From NCBI GenBank assembly GCA_008501825.1, contig QQUA01000010.1:14908-78907 (forward strand): a stretch of 64,000 bases of DNA, read 5' to 3'. Made by a program: the position numbers and the translations under genes. Origin of the DNA: Planctomycetota bacterium (GTDB lineage: Bacteria; Planctomycetota; UBA1135). Below the pieces are notes generated by a model. The model searched no databases, was not told the origin of the DNA, and saw only the letters and a list, made by a program, of their open reading frames with translations. Positions 9,101 through 19,100 of the stretch are shown piece after piece. Position 1 is the stretch's first letter; the number at the start of each line of letters is the position of its first letter.

Positions 9101-10072
9101 GTGTCCTTCCTGTCGCCTACCCAGCAGCAGGAGGTCATCGATACCGCCGGAAAGAGACTCGATGCCTTTCACCTGTTGGGCGACTTGTACTCCGGTGCGG
9201 TCGACCTCTGCATTCGAGCCACACTGGCAGATCTTGAACTCAAGTCTCAGGCGATCAAGGCAGCCGAAGCACAATCACACCGAGAACGGCTGAGGCAGCT
9301 TCCAGACAGCGTTCAGCTTGCCGTAGCAAAGGGAGACATTTCCATGGGGCATGGACTGCTCATTCTTGCGTTGTCCAGCCCCCTCGCTCAGGTGAAGCTA
9401 GCAGAGCTCATAGTCGAGAACGACCTGACAGTGGAAGCGACCGGGATAATCGCCATGTGGTCCAGAGGGAAGAGCCCGCCCTCTCCCGTTGATGAGCCTG
9501 AACTGCGCGCACTGTGGCAGCAGTTGGCTCCCTTGACTAAGGACCAGGAATCGGGAGATCCTGGGACCATGACGATTGAAGGAGCTGAGGCGGCTCCAAC
9601 ACCATCAGAGGACGACCCGGAGCATGCCGACAGCGAAGAGCAGCTCGATCTAGCGGAGGCGTCCGCAGCGGCCCGTGCCACGGTCGCCCACGCGTTGACC
9701 GCGACACTGAGTAGTCCGGGTATCGACCAGGATTTTGATGCTGCATTCGAGGCCATTGAGTCCACGCACGATTGTTCGCGAAACGTGGTCCTATCCAGCC
9801 TCGAGGAGTACTTGGGTAGATTGGAGGGAACCTCATTCGGCTCTATCAAGAAGAACAAGAGGTTCGCCGCGAAACTCAACCGCGCTCTACGGCAGCTTGA
9901 TTGCCAACTGGTCTGCCAGAGCTGCGGCAACCCGGCCTCTCTTCGCGTGGAGCCCGGGAACTCTCCACACGGTTCGTTCCAGTTCCTCCACAGCACTCTC
10001 GAGGGGCGTCGCAACGTCCCCCACATGGGCCGGGCCACGATCCCTAAGCTCGTGGTTGCTCGCCGCAGCTGA
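9101..10072 (+). CDS. Protein with ParB/Spo0J-like helical domain and C-terminal Zn-binding motif
   Basis: LRQLPDSVQLAVAKGDISMGHGLLILAL resembles the ParB post-HTH region; acidic linker; CQSCG…H…H at the C-terminus. Confidence 0.6.
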   Translation: MSFLSPTQQQEVIDTAGKRLDAFHLLGDLYSGAVDLCIRATLADLELKSQAIKAAEAQSHRERLRQLPDSVQLAVAKGDISMGHGLLILALSSPLAQVKLAELIVENDLTVEATGIIAMWSRGKSPPSPVDEPELRALWQQLAPLTKDQESGDPGTMTIEGAEAAPTPSEDDPEHADSEEQLDLAEASAAARATVAHALTATLSSPGIDQDFDAAFEAIESTHDCSRNVVLSSLEEYLGRLEGTSFGSIKKNKRFAAKLNRALRQLDCQLVCQSCGNPASLRVEPGNSPHGSFQFLHSTLEGRRNVPHMGRATIPKLVVARRS

Positions 10073-10134
10073 TAGCGAGTCGCTGTAAGTTGTTGCTGTG
10101 AATAGCTTTAGGTGTCTTCATCGTTTGCGGTTGC

Positions 10135-10159
10135 GTGTAGGCTACAGTGTAGCCTACAC
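10135..10159. promoter_or_regulatory. Perfect 25-bp palindrome; candidate operator
   Basis: GTGTAGGCTACA-G-TGTAGCCTACAC, upstream of the 10289 gene. Confidence 0.6.
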
Positions 10160-10288
10160 TGGGCGTGATGAGGCATTCCCTCGTGCATGTCCATGGATAC
10201 ACACCGACCGGGGCGATGCCTCCTGACCTCAGGCGCTCCGGCATGCGGCCGGTTTGCGTTCTTCACGTGAGCCGTGCTACGGTCAACT

Positions 10289-10981
10289 ATGGCGACGATT
10301 CGAGAACCAAAGTGGAAGCTGTGGCTTCGCCAGCTAGAGAGTGTTGAGACCAACCCATTTACTGTCGCTGATGCAGCGTCCGTGTTGTTGCGGCCCTCGA
10401 CTCCGCCAGCAGTCATACTCTGCAACCTCTGTGCCCGGGGTTTCTTGCACCGGGTCGAGCCTGGGCGGTACTTCCGCCACGTCGAACCATCTGGTCGCGG
10501 CTCCCTGTTCACCAAGGACCTAACGCTCAACGCCTGCGAGGATGACGACCTCACGCTGTTCACGGATGGGGTGATCGCGGGGGTCACTCGTCTCGGGCTG
10601 GAACCCGAGAGCACCGAGCGCTACGAGTTCCTCAACAATCACATCTTGTGGAACCAGTGGCGGCTTCAAAGTGGGGACCCGGACCTTCTGCGGTGGCGAC
10701 CAACTCGGCCGACCGTGAGCCGATTTGTCCTGTTCCAGTCCATCGACGAAGACTCTGCCCGGATTGTTCGTGACTCTATCGATGTCACCTACGAGGAGAA
10801 GGCCGCCGATGAGGATGTCCGTGCGGCCGTCGATGCCATGCTCCAGCTATGGGTGTGTGGCCTGTACGCGAAGGACGGCTTCGTGCCGATTCTGAACGAG
10901 ACGACAGGCCAACCGATGTACCCCGACTTCATCGCGTCCGAAGGACCTGACCTGAAGCTCATCCACTCCACGCCCACCTAG
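10289..10981 (+). CDS. Hypothetical protein with N-terminal winged HTH (AbiEi-N-like)
   Basis: FTVADAASVL…LCNLCARGFLHRVEPGRY is a wHTH pattern. Confidence 0.55.
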   Translation: MATIREPKWKLWLRQLESVETNPFTVADAASVLLRPSTPPAVILCNLCARGFLHRVEPGRYFRHVEPSGRGSLFTKDLTLNACEDDDLTLFTDGVIAGVTRLGLEPESTERYEFLNNHILWNQWRLQSGDPDLLRWRPTRPTVSRFVLFQSIDEDSARIVRDSIDVTYEEKAADEDVRAAVDAMLQLWVCGLYAKDGFVPILNETTGQPMYPDFIASEGPDLKLIHSTPT

Positions 10982-11094
10982 CTAGTCCGGCGAGGGACTC
11001 CTCTCGATCCGTCCACCAGTTCCTCCGTGACGCCTCCTGGCCGCATTCCTCCAGTCGCGGTGAGAGGAATAGGCCTCTCGGCCATCAAGAAGGG

Positions 11095-11862
11095 CTAGTA
11101 CTTGCAACCGAGTTCCTGTTTCAGGTCGTCTCTGGATTTCGTCGGGTCGATATCTTTGATGTACTCGGCCCACAGCTCAGATCCGCTCCCACCGTTGAAC
11201 AAGTAGGCTGCTCCAGTCTTTAGACCGAGGCGACGGACAAAGTCCTTGCCACTGTCAGTGGCCTGATCCTCCATGACAACAAGGACTTGTTTCGAGGCTT
11301 GAAGGTCTACAACCTCCTCAACGAGCGTAGGTTGTCCGGTGAATCGGCCCTGTGAGTCGCCAAGGCCAAACTTCATCAGTCCTGTCCTGATGGAGTTGTT
11401 GGCGTAGTTGAAGACAACGGTCTCGACATCAAGCTCCCGCTCGATCTGCGTACATCCAAAGAGATTCGCGAGTGCGGGATTCGACAAGGAAAGATCAACT
11501 TGCTGCACTAAGGTAGCGTCGTCTCCGGACACATCGTAGGCGCCTCCGATGTCCAGCTTGCCGTTCAAGAGCCACGGCTCTTCAGGGTCGAGAATCGACC
11601 TCACAATCGTGATCCTCTCGTGACGATTGGCGTCCTCGTCTTGCTCTTGGTTCTCGTAGCGGTAGAGAGTGTGGCCATCAACAACCACGACCTCGTTCGC
11701 CTTGGCCTGGATCGGCTCAGGTTCTTCAGCGGGTTCCGGTTCCGGCTGCTCGGATGTCGTAGCAGCCTGGACTTGCTTGTCTTCCGACGTCTTTTCTGAG
11801 CAGCCAGTGCCAAGGACGCACAAGAGGAATAGAAGGGGAGCTGAGCGGAGCATGACGACCAC
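11095..11862 (-). CDS. Putative lipoprotein
   Basis: Signal peptide with lipobox-like LGTGC, followed by a Pro/Glu linker. Confidence 0.7.
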   Translation of the reverse strand: MVVMLRSAPLLFLLCVLGTGCSEKTSEDKQVQAATTSEQPEPEPAEEPEPIQAKANEVVVVDGHTLYRYENQEQDEDANRHERITIVRSILDPEEPWLLNGKLDIGGAYDVSGDDATLVQQVDLSLSNPALANLFGCTQIERELDVETVVFNYANNSIRTGLMKFGLGDSQGRFTGQPTLVEEVVDLQASKQVLVVMEDQATDSGKDFVRRLGLKTGAAYLFNGGSGSELWAEYIKDIDPTKSRDDLKQELGCKY

Positions 11863-12225
11863 CTAGAAGGTTACTTGGGAAGGTGCGATCACTGCGTGAT
11901 TGTAGCTGCGGGCCCATGAAGCGGCGAATTCTCTAGCCGGAGGTGCCCCAAGTCGAAGCGTGCCTGGCCTTCAACTTCGGGAAGAAGTGCCCGAGCGTAG
12001 CAAGGGATCGGTCCTGGAGATGTCCCCGCCATGACTCGGCGATCGCCCCGAACGCCAAGTAGCCGCCGACAGTACAATGGCACCGTGCGAATCCGCCCCT
12101 GGCACGTTCCAAGGCTCTAGGAGCTTCCAATGCGCGGGCCGGTCGGGTTCCATCGCGACAACCACGGTTGAGAGTGACCTGCACCCGGCTGCACCTTGTC
12201 ACATCCTGGGTCTGAGGGAGGAAAG

Positions 12226-13809
12226 ATGTCAGATACTGGCCCAGAGCAGCAAGACGAACCCAAGGCCTCGCGCCTAGACCGGCCTCGATCATCACCGAGG
12301 CAAACTCGACATTCCGTGCAAACGGCGGGGCTTCCCAAGGCCCCGGGCATAGTCCGTGTTTCGCCAGGCGCCCTCCAGCTCGTGGCTGCCGTGCTAGGCG
12401 TAGCCTTGGGCTTAGCACTATCCTTCACGATACAGGCTACTTCCGATCCTGGATCATTGATGGGGCGACTATTCGCCCTGAGTACGATTCAGGGGCTTAT
12501 CCCCGCCGCCATGGTCGTGATGCTCTGCTGGGGGATCTGTCTCTGCCTCCTCCGATTCTGGCGCCTAGTTTCGGCAGAGGGCCTCACCAAGAGCTCCGTG
12601 GCGACGAGGCTACTCCAAGACCTAGAACGCCAGTCGAGCACCGAGGTTCTTGAGCGCATCGAGAAGGCCGACGTCCGCGACGCCAGCCCCTTGGTGCGCC
12701 GCGTGCGAGTTGTATTGAGGCAGTGGGTCGCTAGGCCAAGCCTCCAGGATTCGCTGTCGCTGATGCAACAGCAGTCGATTGCGGAAGCCGAAGAGATCCA
12801 GCATGCCTTTGGAGTCGTCAAGACGTTTGTCTGGGCGCTGCCCGTCGTAGGGCTCATCGGTACCGTGATTGGGATCGCGCTAGCAGTGGGTGACTTTGGC
12901 AGCTTGCTGGAAGGCGACGTTGAAGACGTTGCCGTGATCAAGAACAGCCTCGTTCAGGTTACGGGTGGGCTTGCCTTCGCGTTTACCACCACTCTGTTGG
13001 GGCTAGCTGGCGCGTTGGTTCTTGCATTGCCATCTGCCGCTCTTCAGTCACGAGAAGAACGGTTGGTGACGCGCAATGAGAAGCAAGTGACCGATGTCTT
13101 CCTGCCGGTACTGCAGCGCCTGTACCCGGAGCAAGTAAGTACATCATCGCCGGACGAGGTCGAGGAACTCTCACAAACTCTCAGGCAAGCAGCCAAGAAC
13201 GTCGTGCTTGCTGCTGGAGACGCGGCTCAGGAATTGATGGCTGAAGGAAAGCGTCGATTCGAGGAGTGGCACCAAGGCATTGTCAAGACACATCAGGAAG
13301 CAGCTGACGACGTAGAGAAAGCCGTTCAATCCGCAGCCCAACTAGGGGCTATGGAGGCCCAATTCAAAGACACGAGCGAGTTGCTCTTGTCAGCGCTCAA
13401 ACAGGTTACGGAGGCGTCCTCAGGTATCGCTGCCAACCACTCGTCAGTGGCCAGCACAATTAGCCACTTGGCCCAGAGCAACTTTGCAAAGGATGTCGTC
13501 GCTCTGCAAAACACCCTTGCTTCCATCGGAACTCAAACCACGGAGTCCAGCGAAGCCTTGCAGGCCCTATCCAAAACAACTGAACAGGTGCTCGAATGCC
13601 AGCGGTCACTTCAAGAGAGCCTTCTCAAGTTGGAGTCTATGCAAATGCCAACAGCGTTGCGTGAACTGCGAAAAACGTTGGATCACGTCTCGGTCGTGCT
13701 TGCTAGCTTCCAAGAGCCCGTTGTCTTCCAGGCGGTTCGAATGAGTGCGGTTGTCGATGCCAATCGTCCAACCGAACGAGATGACGACAACAGCGTCCGG
13801 GATGAATAG
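12226..13809 (+). CDS. MotA/TolQ/ExbB proton-channel protein with long C-terminal helical tail
   Basis: GGAGGA RBS; LPVVGLIGTVIG and GLAFAFTTTLLGL channel motifs; more than 200 aa of heptad-like tail. Confidence 0.85.
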   Translation: MSDTGPEQQDEPKASRLDRPRSSPRQTRHSVQTAGLPKAPGIVRVSPGALQLVAAVLGVALGLALSFTIQATSDPGSLMGRLFALSTIQGLIPAAMVVMLCWGICLCLLRFWRLVSAEGLTKSSVATRLLQDLERQSSTEVLERIEKADVRDASPLVRRVRVVLRQWVARPSLQDSLSLMQQQSIAEAEEIQHAFGVVKTFVWALPVVGLIGTVIGIALAVGDFGSLLEGDVEDVAVIKNSLVQVTGGLAFAFTTTLLGLAGALVLALPSAALQSREERLVTRNEKQVTDVFLPVLQRLYPEQVSTSSPDEVEELSQTLRQAAKNVVLAAGDAAQELMAEGKRRFEEWHQGIVKTHQEAADDVEKAVQSAAQLGAMEAQFKDTSELLLSALKQVTEASSGIAANHSSVASTISHLAQSNFAKDVVALQNTLASIGTQTTESSEALQALSKTTEQVLECQRSLQESLLKLESMQMPTALRELRKTLDHVSVVLASFQEPVVFQAVRMSAVVDANRPTERDDDNSVRDE

Positions 13810-13826
13810 TCAAGCGAGGCCAACTG

Positions 13827-14918
13827 ATGAAACTGAAATTCTCACTGGCGTGCGCATTTCTTGCGCTGGCCGTCGGGGCTGCCTTCTTCGTAATGAGAGG
13901 AAGAGAAAGCAAGGCATGGAAGGAAACTGAGGCAACGGATACTCAGGCCGCGTACGAGGAGTTCATCGAGGAGTTCCCGAGTAATGAGAACGTCTCTATA
14001 GCGAAGGAGCGGCAGGCAGCTCTACACGAGGCTCAAATGTGGGACGAGGCAGTTGCAGCGTCAACAGTTGACGCCTTCGCTGAATTCATCGAGACGTTTC
14101 CCGCGAGTGCCAGGATTGACCAGGCTCGAGCCTCGATCAATGCCATCGTCGTACGCGCGGCGTGTCAGGCCTATCTTGCCGAACCCAGAGACCAGGAGGA
14201 GGGCGGATTCGAGGGGAGCGCATCTGCGGATGAGCTGGAAGTGATTGCCCTGGACGCTCAGGTGGAACGCCCTGGAGACCTTGCGAAGTATCGCATTGCT
14301 TTGGACATCCTCGCACTAGCGTGCCGACAGGCAGGTGCTGCACCTGTCAAGACATCATTTTCTGGAATTCAGCCAGAGCCTGGCGAGGACTGTATGCGGC
14401 TGGGTTCACATGCCATGTCTTCTGGCCTGTCTATGTCTGGCACAGTGCAGTCGGCCGGTATGGAGCTTTCGCTCGCCGGCATCGTCGTTCCGCCGGATGG
14501 TCGCCTTAGCAATGCCATCGCCCTAGGCGAGGGACGGCTTCCGATCAATGATGTGGACGGCGCAAAGCGCAACTTCTCTGGCAATATCGCGATCGAGGGC
14601 AACCAGTCCACCCTAGTGGCGTTTACGGAGCTGCCCGATGAGTGGGTGTTCTACAAGACAGGAGGGTTTGGCGCAGCTGCGGGCGAAGGCAGTGGAATCG
14701 TCCTGCCTAATGGACGCGGAACGATCGTCCGGTTCAGAGGCCGTGTGGATGGCTATTACCCGGGATACGTTTTTAAAGGAGCTGAGGACTATCCACTCGC
14801 GTTCGTGCTTATCGATGGAATCGGTCTAACGTACCTCTGCGGAAATGGATCCGTTACTAGCGCAAGCGGTGACACGTGGAGTTTCCCTCCAGGCAATGGT
14901 GAGCCCAAGAGCCGCTGA
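13827..14918 (+). CDS. Membrane-anchored or secreted protein with two TPR-like repeats
   Basis: N-terminal hydrophobic helix; repeats W..T…AYEEFIEEFP and W..A…AFAEFIETFP. Confidence 0.75.
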   Translation: MKLKFSLACAFLALAVGAAFFVMRGRESKAWKETEATDTQAAYEEFIEEFPSNENVSIAKERQAALHEAQMWDEAVAASTVDAFAEFIETFPASARIDQARASINAIVVRAACQAYLAEPRDQEEGGFEGSASADELEVIALDAQVERPGDLAKYRIALDILALACRQAGAAPVKTSFSGIQPEPGEDCMRLGSHAMSSGLSMSGTVQSAGMELSLAGIVVPPDGRLSNAIALGEGRLPINDVDGAKRNFSGNIAIEGNQSTLVAFTELPDEWVFYKTGGFGAAAGEGSGIVLPNGRGTIVRFRGRVDGYYPGYVFKGAEDYPLAFVLIDGIGLTYLCGNGSVTSASGDTWSFPPGNGEPKSR

Positions 14919-14925
14919 GTAGGCA

Positions 14926-15462
14926 ATGAGTTTACGAGTACGAGTCAGCGAGGCAGGAGCGCCTGACCAGTTTGATCTACTGCCGTTTGTTTCACTCATG
15001 ATGGTCGTGCTCGCAACCTTGTTGTTCATCACCATGGCCGTGGCTTCTGTGAACCTCGGAGCTGGAGCAGCTGAGGGTTGGATCCCAATGAAGGACGAAG
15101 AGGCGACGCAGAAGACGCCTGTCCTAGTAGAGTGGGATGGCGACAGCGCCATTATTCATCGGACTACGGGAAAGCAGGCGATCCAGCTGGGAGAGGACCC
15201 AGAGCGTTGGTTCGCGCAGGAACACCGGCCCGGGGCTCTATCGCCAACATGGGACTTCCGGAATCGGGAAATGAAGTCGTGCCTACAGGAGCTCGAGAAG
15301 CAGAAGACGTCGCACTATGTCCTCTTCGCTGTTCGCCCGAGTGGATTTGACAACTTCCAGTCTCTGGCTTCGATATTCCGAGATAGAGATGTCGGCATTG
15401 GTTATGAGCCGCTCGAGCAAGGCAAGGTAGTTCGTTTGCGCTTGAACGAAGGAGAGCAGTGA
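14926..15462 (+). CDS. ExbD/TolR-like single-pass membrane protein
   Basis: FDLLPFVSLMMVVLATLLFI TM segment; C-terminal VLFAVRPSGF…IGYEP; same operon as the MotA gene. Confidence 0.65.
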   Translation: MSLRVRVSEAGAPDQFDLLPFVSLMMVVLATLLFITMAVASVNLGAGAAEGWIPMKDEEATQKTPVLVEWDGDSAIIHRTTGKQAIQLGEDPERWFAQEHRPGALSPTWDFRNREMKSCLQELEKQKTSHYVLFAVRPSGFDNFQSLASIFRDRDVGIGYEPLEQGKVVRLRLNEGEQ

Positions 15463-16139
15463 GAGCTCGAAGTAGACTCCCAGAAGGCGGCGGTCCCTCA
15501 GGCTTGGTGCCGATGGCGGACTTGCTATCCAACACCGTGGGAATCTCAATCTTCATCCTCGCCTTTGCTGTTCTTCAGTCCGGCGGAGCATCTGTGCCCA
15601 AGCGGCTCCCGATGGAGCACAGTACGGAAGCGAAGCCGGTCTACTTCGTTTGCCAGAACGAGATGCTTCTTCCTTTGGACTCGTCGCTGACGGACAGGCT
15701 CTACGATGATCTGGGCGAGCCCAGCTACAGCACGGCGAAGGAATGGGTTAGAAAGTTCAATGAGAAGACAGTTGGAGACTCGTTCTTTGATGTGGTTCCG
15801 CAGGGCGACGCGAGATTCAATCGTGGAGCGTTTCAGAGCGACGTCCGTCTTGAGCTGACGGCAGAGTACCGGCCAAAGCCAGAAGTTGGTGATTCAATCG
15901 AATCGCTCTCCACAGAGACGTCAGCGTTTCATTCCCAGCTAGAAGGTCTCTCTCCCACGGAGCACTTCGCCTATTTCTTCGTCTACCCTGACAGCATTGA
16001 GCTTTTCCGCGAAGCAAGGGATCACGCCAAGATCCACTTTGGGGTTGGTTCCGGCTGGGGCCCAATGTCAGCCGGAAAGCCGATCAGGTTTATCCTCTCG
16101 GGCGGTCGAGGAGGCGGAATCACTCCGTCAAAGCAGTAG
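15459..16139 (+). CDS. Second ExbD/TolR-like single-pass membrane protein
   Basis: LVPMADLLSNTVGISIFIL (PxxD); FFVYPDS…GWGP; GTGA overlap with the previous gene. Confidence 0.65.
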   Translation: MRARSRLPEGGGPSGLVPMADLLSNTVGISIFILAFAVLQSGGASVPKRLPMEHSTEAKPVYFVCQNEMLLPLDSSLTDRLYDDLGEPSYSTAKEWVRKFNEKTVGDSFFDVVPQGDARFNRGAFQSDVRLELTAEYRPKPEVGDSIESLSTETSAFHSQLEGLSPTEHFAYFFVYPDSIELFREARDHAKIHFGVGSGWGPMSAGKPIRFILSGGRGGGITPSKQ

Positions 16140-16176
16140 CTGGCCCAGATGCCTGCCAGCGACTGCGCAGGTTCTG

Positions 16177-19100
16177 TCAGAAGACCGGCTCGCCGCTTGC
16201 TGTCTGCAACGATCGAACTCTGAGGCGGTCGGCGTCGTCGTACTGATAGTCGACCACGTACAACGGCGGGCCATCTTCATCCTCCATAGAGACCCACGCA
16301 CTCTGAATAGCCACGTTTCCGCGACGATCGAGCTGGTATCGGAATGAGATGGAGTGTCTTCCCATCGTCAGCTTCTTGGGGAGAGCTGCCTCGGCACTCA
16401 CTCGGAAGCGATCAAACCGTCCTGCCGAGTCGAAGGCGATCTCGTTTCCGTGGTTATCCAGAAGCTGAAACGACCCGTTCGTCAAGATTGCGAGCACCTG
16501 GAAACGGCTGGCCTGGGGTTCCACCGGTCGCCACCCGGCAATGTCCTTGGTTTCATCGAACGTTAGGACCTCTTCTGCCCCATACGCATCGACGATCTGC
16601 ATCTCCCGTGGAAGCGTGACGTTCGCGAAGGCAACCCGATCATCGGCCGATACAGGCTCGACACGGTACGGTGGGCGGTCGAACGTCTCTGCCGTTGCGC
16701 TTAGGTACTCAACCGAAATGACATGATCATTGGAGAAGATGAGGTCGACCAGTCTTCCAGCAGGATCGAACTGGAACTCGCACCCGATCTTATCAACAAG
16801 CCGATACGAGCCATCAGTCAGGAGCAGGAGCGCCGAGAATCGGCCGTTACCTCCTTCCTCCGGAAAGTAGCCTGCACCAAGCTCGCGCTCGTCGCTGAAG
16901 ACGAGAACCTCGTCGTCGCCCGTCACCAGGTCAAGCACTCGCATTCTCGCCGGCAGCGTCACGTTCAAGAACTTGCGCCGCTTCTCTCCTTCAGCTTGGA
17001 TGCGATAGGGGAGTAAGAGCCTCCATCCGGTCCCGAAGTGTCCTACCGTGTCGCGCTTCCGAGGGTCCAAGAACCGCACTAGATCGAGATTCGTCTGATA
17101 GTGAGCGTGTTGGACGATAGTCTCACCGAAACGCGAGAGCACCTCGTCTCCAAGGATGAACTCGACGTCATTGACAAAGCGCGCCTCTTCTAGGTACTGC
17201 TTGTCCTCTAGTTGAGACAGTTGTGAGACCAACTTCTTTGCGCGGCTTGTGGCCTCCTCGAGAGCTTTGTTGTATCGAGCATCGAATGCAGCAGAATCGA
17301 CCGGCTTATCATTGCGTAGCTCAGGTCGCATGATCTCCCATAGTTCGCTCAGAGCGACAGCAGGAGCCAAGGCCTGTAGTGACTCGCCGGTGAGAACATA
17401 CCCCTCCGCCTGTATCGAAAGATCCGTCTGGTAGCGCACTCCTCGGCGGTCCGTACCCGAAGCCCAGGTGTGCTGGGGGACGATGGTGTAGTCGCTCTTC
17501 CCAATCGCCAAGGAGACCGGCTGCCGAATGTACCTTGCGCGACTCTCTTGAGCCCGTGGTGCCCTGTCCCCAGGCAAAGTTGCATAGGCGGTCGCGATGG
17601 CGTCTCTGGCAGCGCGGTCTAGGATGTACTCGTTCTTCGACGTGATCTCAACACCACCCTCGATAGATACGTCCGGGAAGTGATCCGATTCTCGGAACAA
17701 CGCATCGACGGTTCCGGGAGACTCTTCAGTGAGCACGAGATTCTTGTTGGCGATCAGGAACCAGTACAGCGGAACGCCTTGATCTTTGAGGTACTTGGCC
17801 AGGCTGACTAGCTTGGCGTAGTCGAACAAGTCCTGAAAGATGGGGTACTCATTAGAGATCCCCGTGTAGTTCTCAGTGAACCAGGCGCTGAACTTCTCGT
17901 TCGCCGGATCAGCCTTCAAGCCTCGCCGGTTGTTCATCAGGAACTCGGTCTTCACGGTCATGCGACCGCTGTCAAAAATCAACCCGGATCCAGTTGAGCG
18001 AAACGTCATCCCTTCGGGGATGAACCAAAAGCGGCTCATTGCGCCAAGGTACAGCGTCTTGAGCTCCGCCGCATAATCATCCGGACTCTTGAACCCTTCA
18101 ATAGAAGGGGCGGCTGTTCCGACGGCCCACTCCTTCATGAGGTAGTCGGCTTCGCGCATAACGCGGCCAAGATCCGAGTTCATCACGTTGCCGATGTACC
18201 GAACAAGCTGCTTCTCGTTGCCCCGAGAGATGGGATCGATAGAGATGCCTGGGTCGGTGCGTCCGAAGTAGACTGCCCACAGTGCCGTCACAAATCGAGC
18301 GAAGGTTTCGGGATGAGGCCAGGCATCCTCCTTTCCAAGTACGACAGAGAAGCTCCCTTTGCCGAGATTGAAGCCCTCTCCACCCGAAACGTGCGCAGAC
18401 GCATCAAGTAGAACTCCGCCGATGTCTCGGGAGCGGGCATGGCTGTGGAGGGGAAAGGGGCTGTTGGTAGCGCCGAATCTTGTAGGAGTACGCGAGAGGC
18501 TGGTTGTGCTTGCGAAATCGAAACGGGGCGAGGCTCCCAGGGGCTGGGTAGGAGCGTGAAAAGACCTTTGGAGGTTCATTCCAAGGCCTTCCCTGAACGC
18601 TTCTGTGGTGGGTAACTCCATCCGAGTCGGATCGAATCTGGCACCCCAAAACAGATCCGCGAGTGGTGTGTCCCAAGACAGTGCGTTGGGCCGCGGTCGT
18701 GAAGCGAGCACATAAAGCTGCAGAGAATCGGCAACGCCGTCCTCGAGGTTTGTAACGACCGTGTCGAGACTGATGCCACCACTGACGGTGATAGTGAGCT
18801 GCTCCCCACCAGCAAGCTCTTGAGAGTTTTCCTCCAGATCCCATTTCTCGTCGATAGGGATGCTCGCAGGCTCGTGATCGTCGAGCCAGTAGGCCACCTC
18901 GCTCGATTCCTTCGAGATGCCCATTCCGGGCAAGCCTTGGGCGAGAGCCGTTATGTAGTAGAGCTGTTGCAGGCGGGCCAGCTGAGAGAACGACGCCGCG
19001 AGGTCGCTGAAGCTGCTCTCAAGAGCTGCTGCAAATTCTCTAGCGGGTGGATCCTCTTGAGTGTCGTTGGTTGCACCAAGTATCTCGTTCGTTACACCAA

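Noticed and set aside
12226-16139. Calling the locus Zorya or a standard TonB-ExbBD
   Set aside because: No OmpA-domain ZorB, no ZorC/D/E nuclease or helicase, and no TonB or TonB-dependent receptor is visible.
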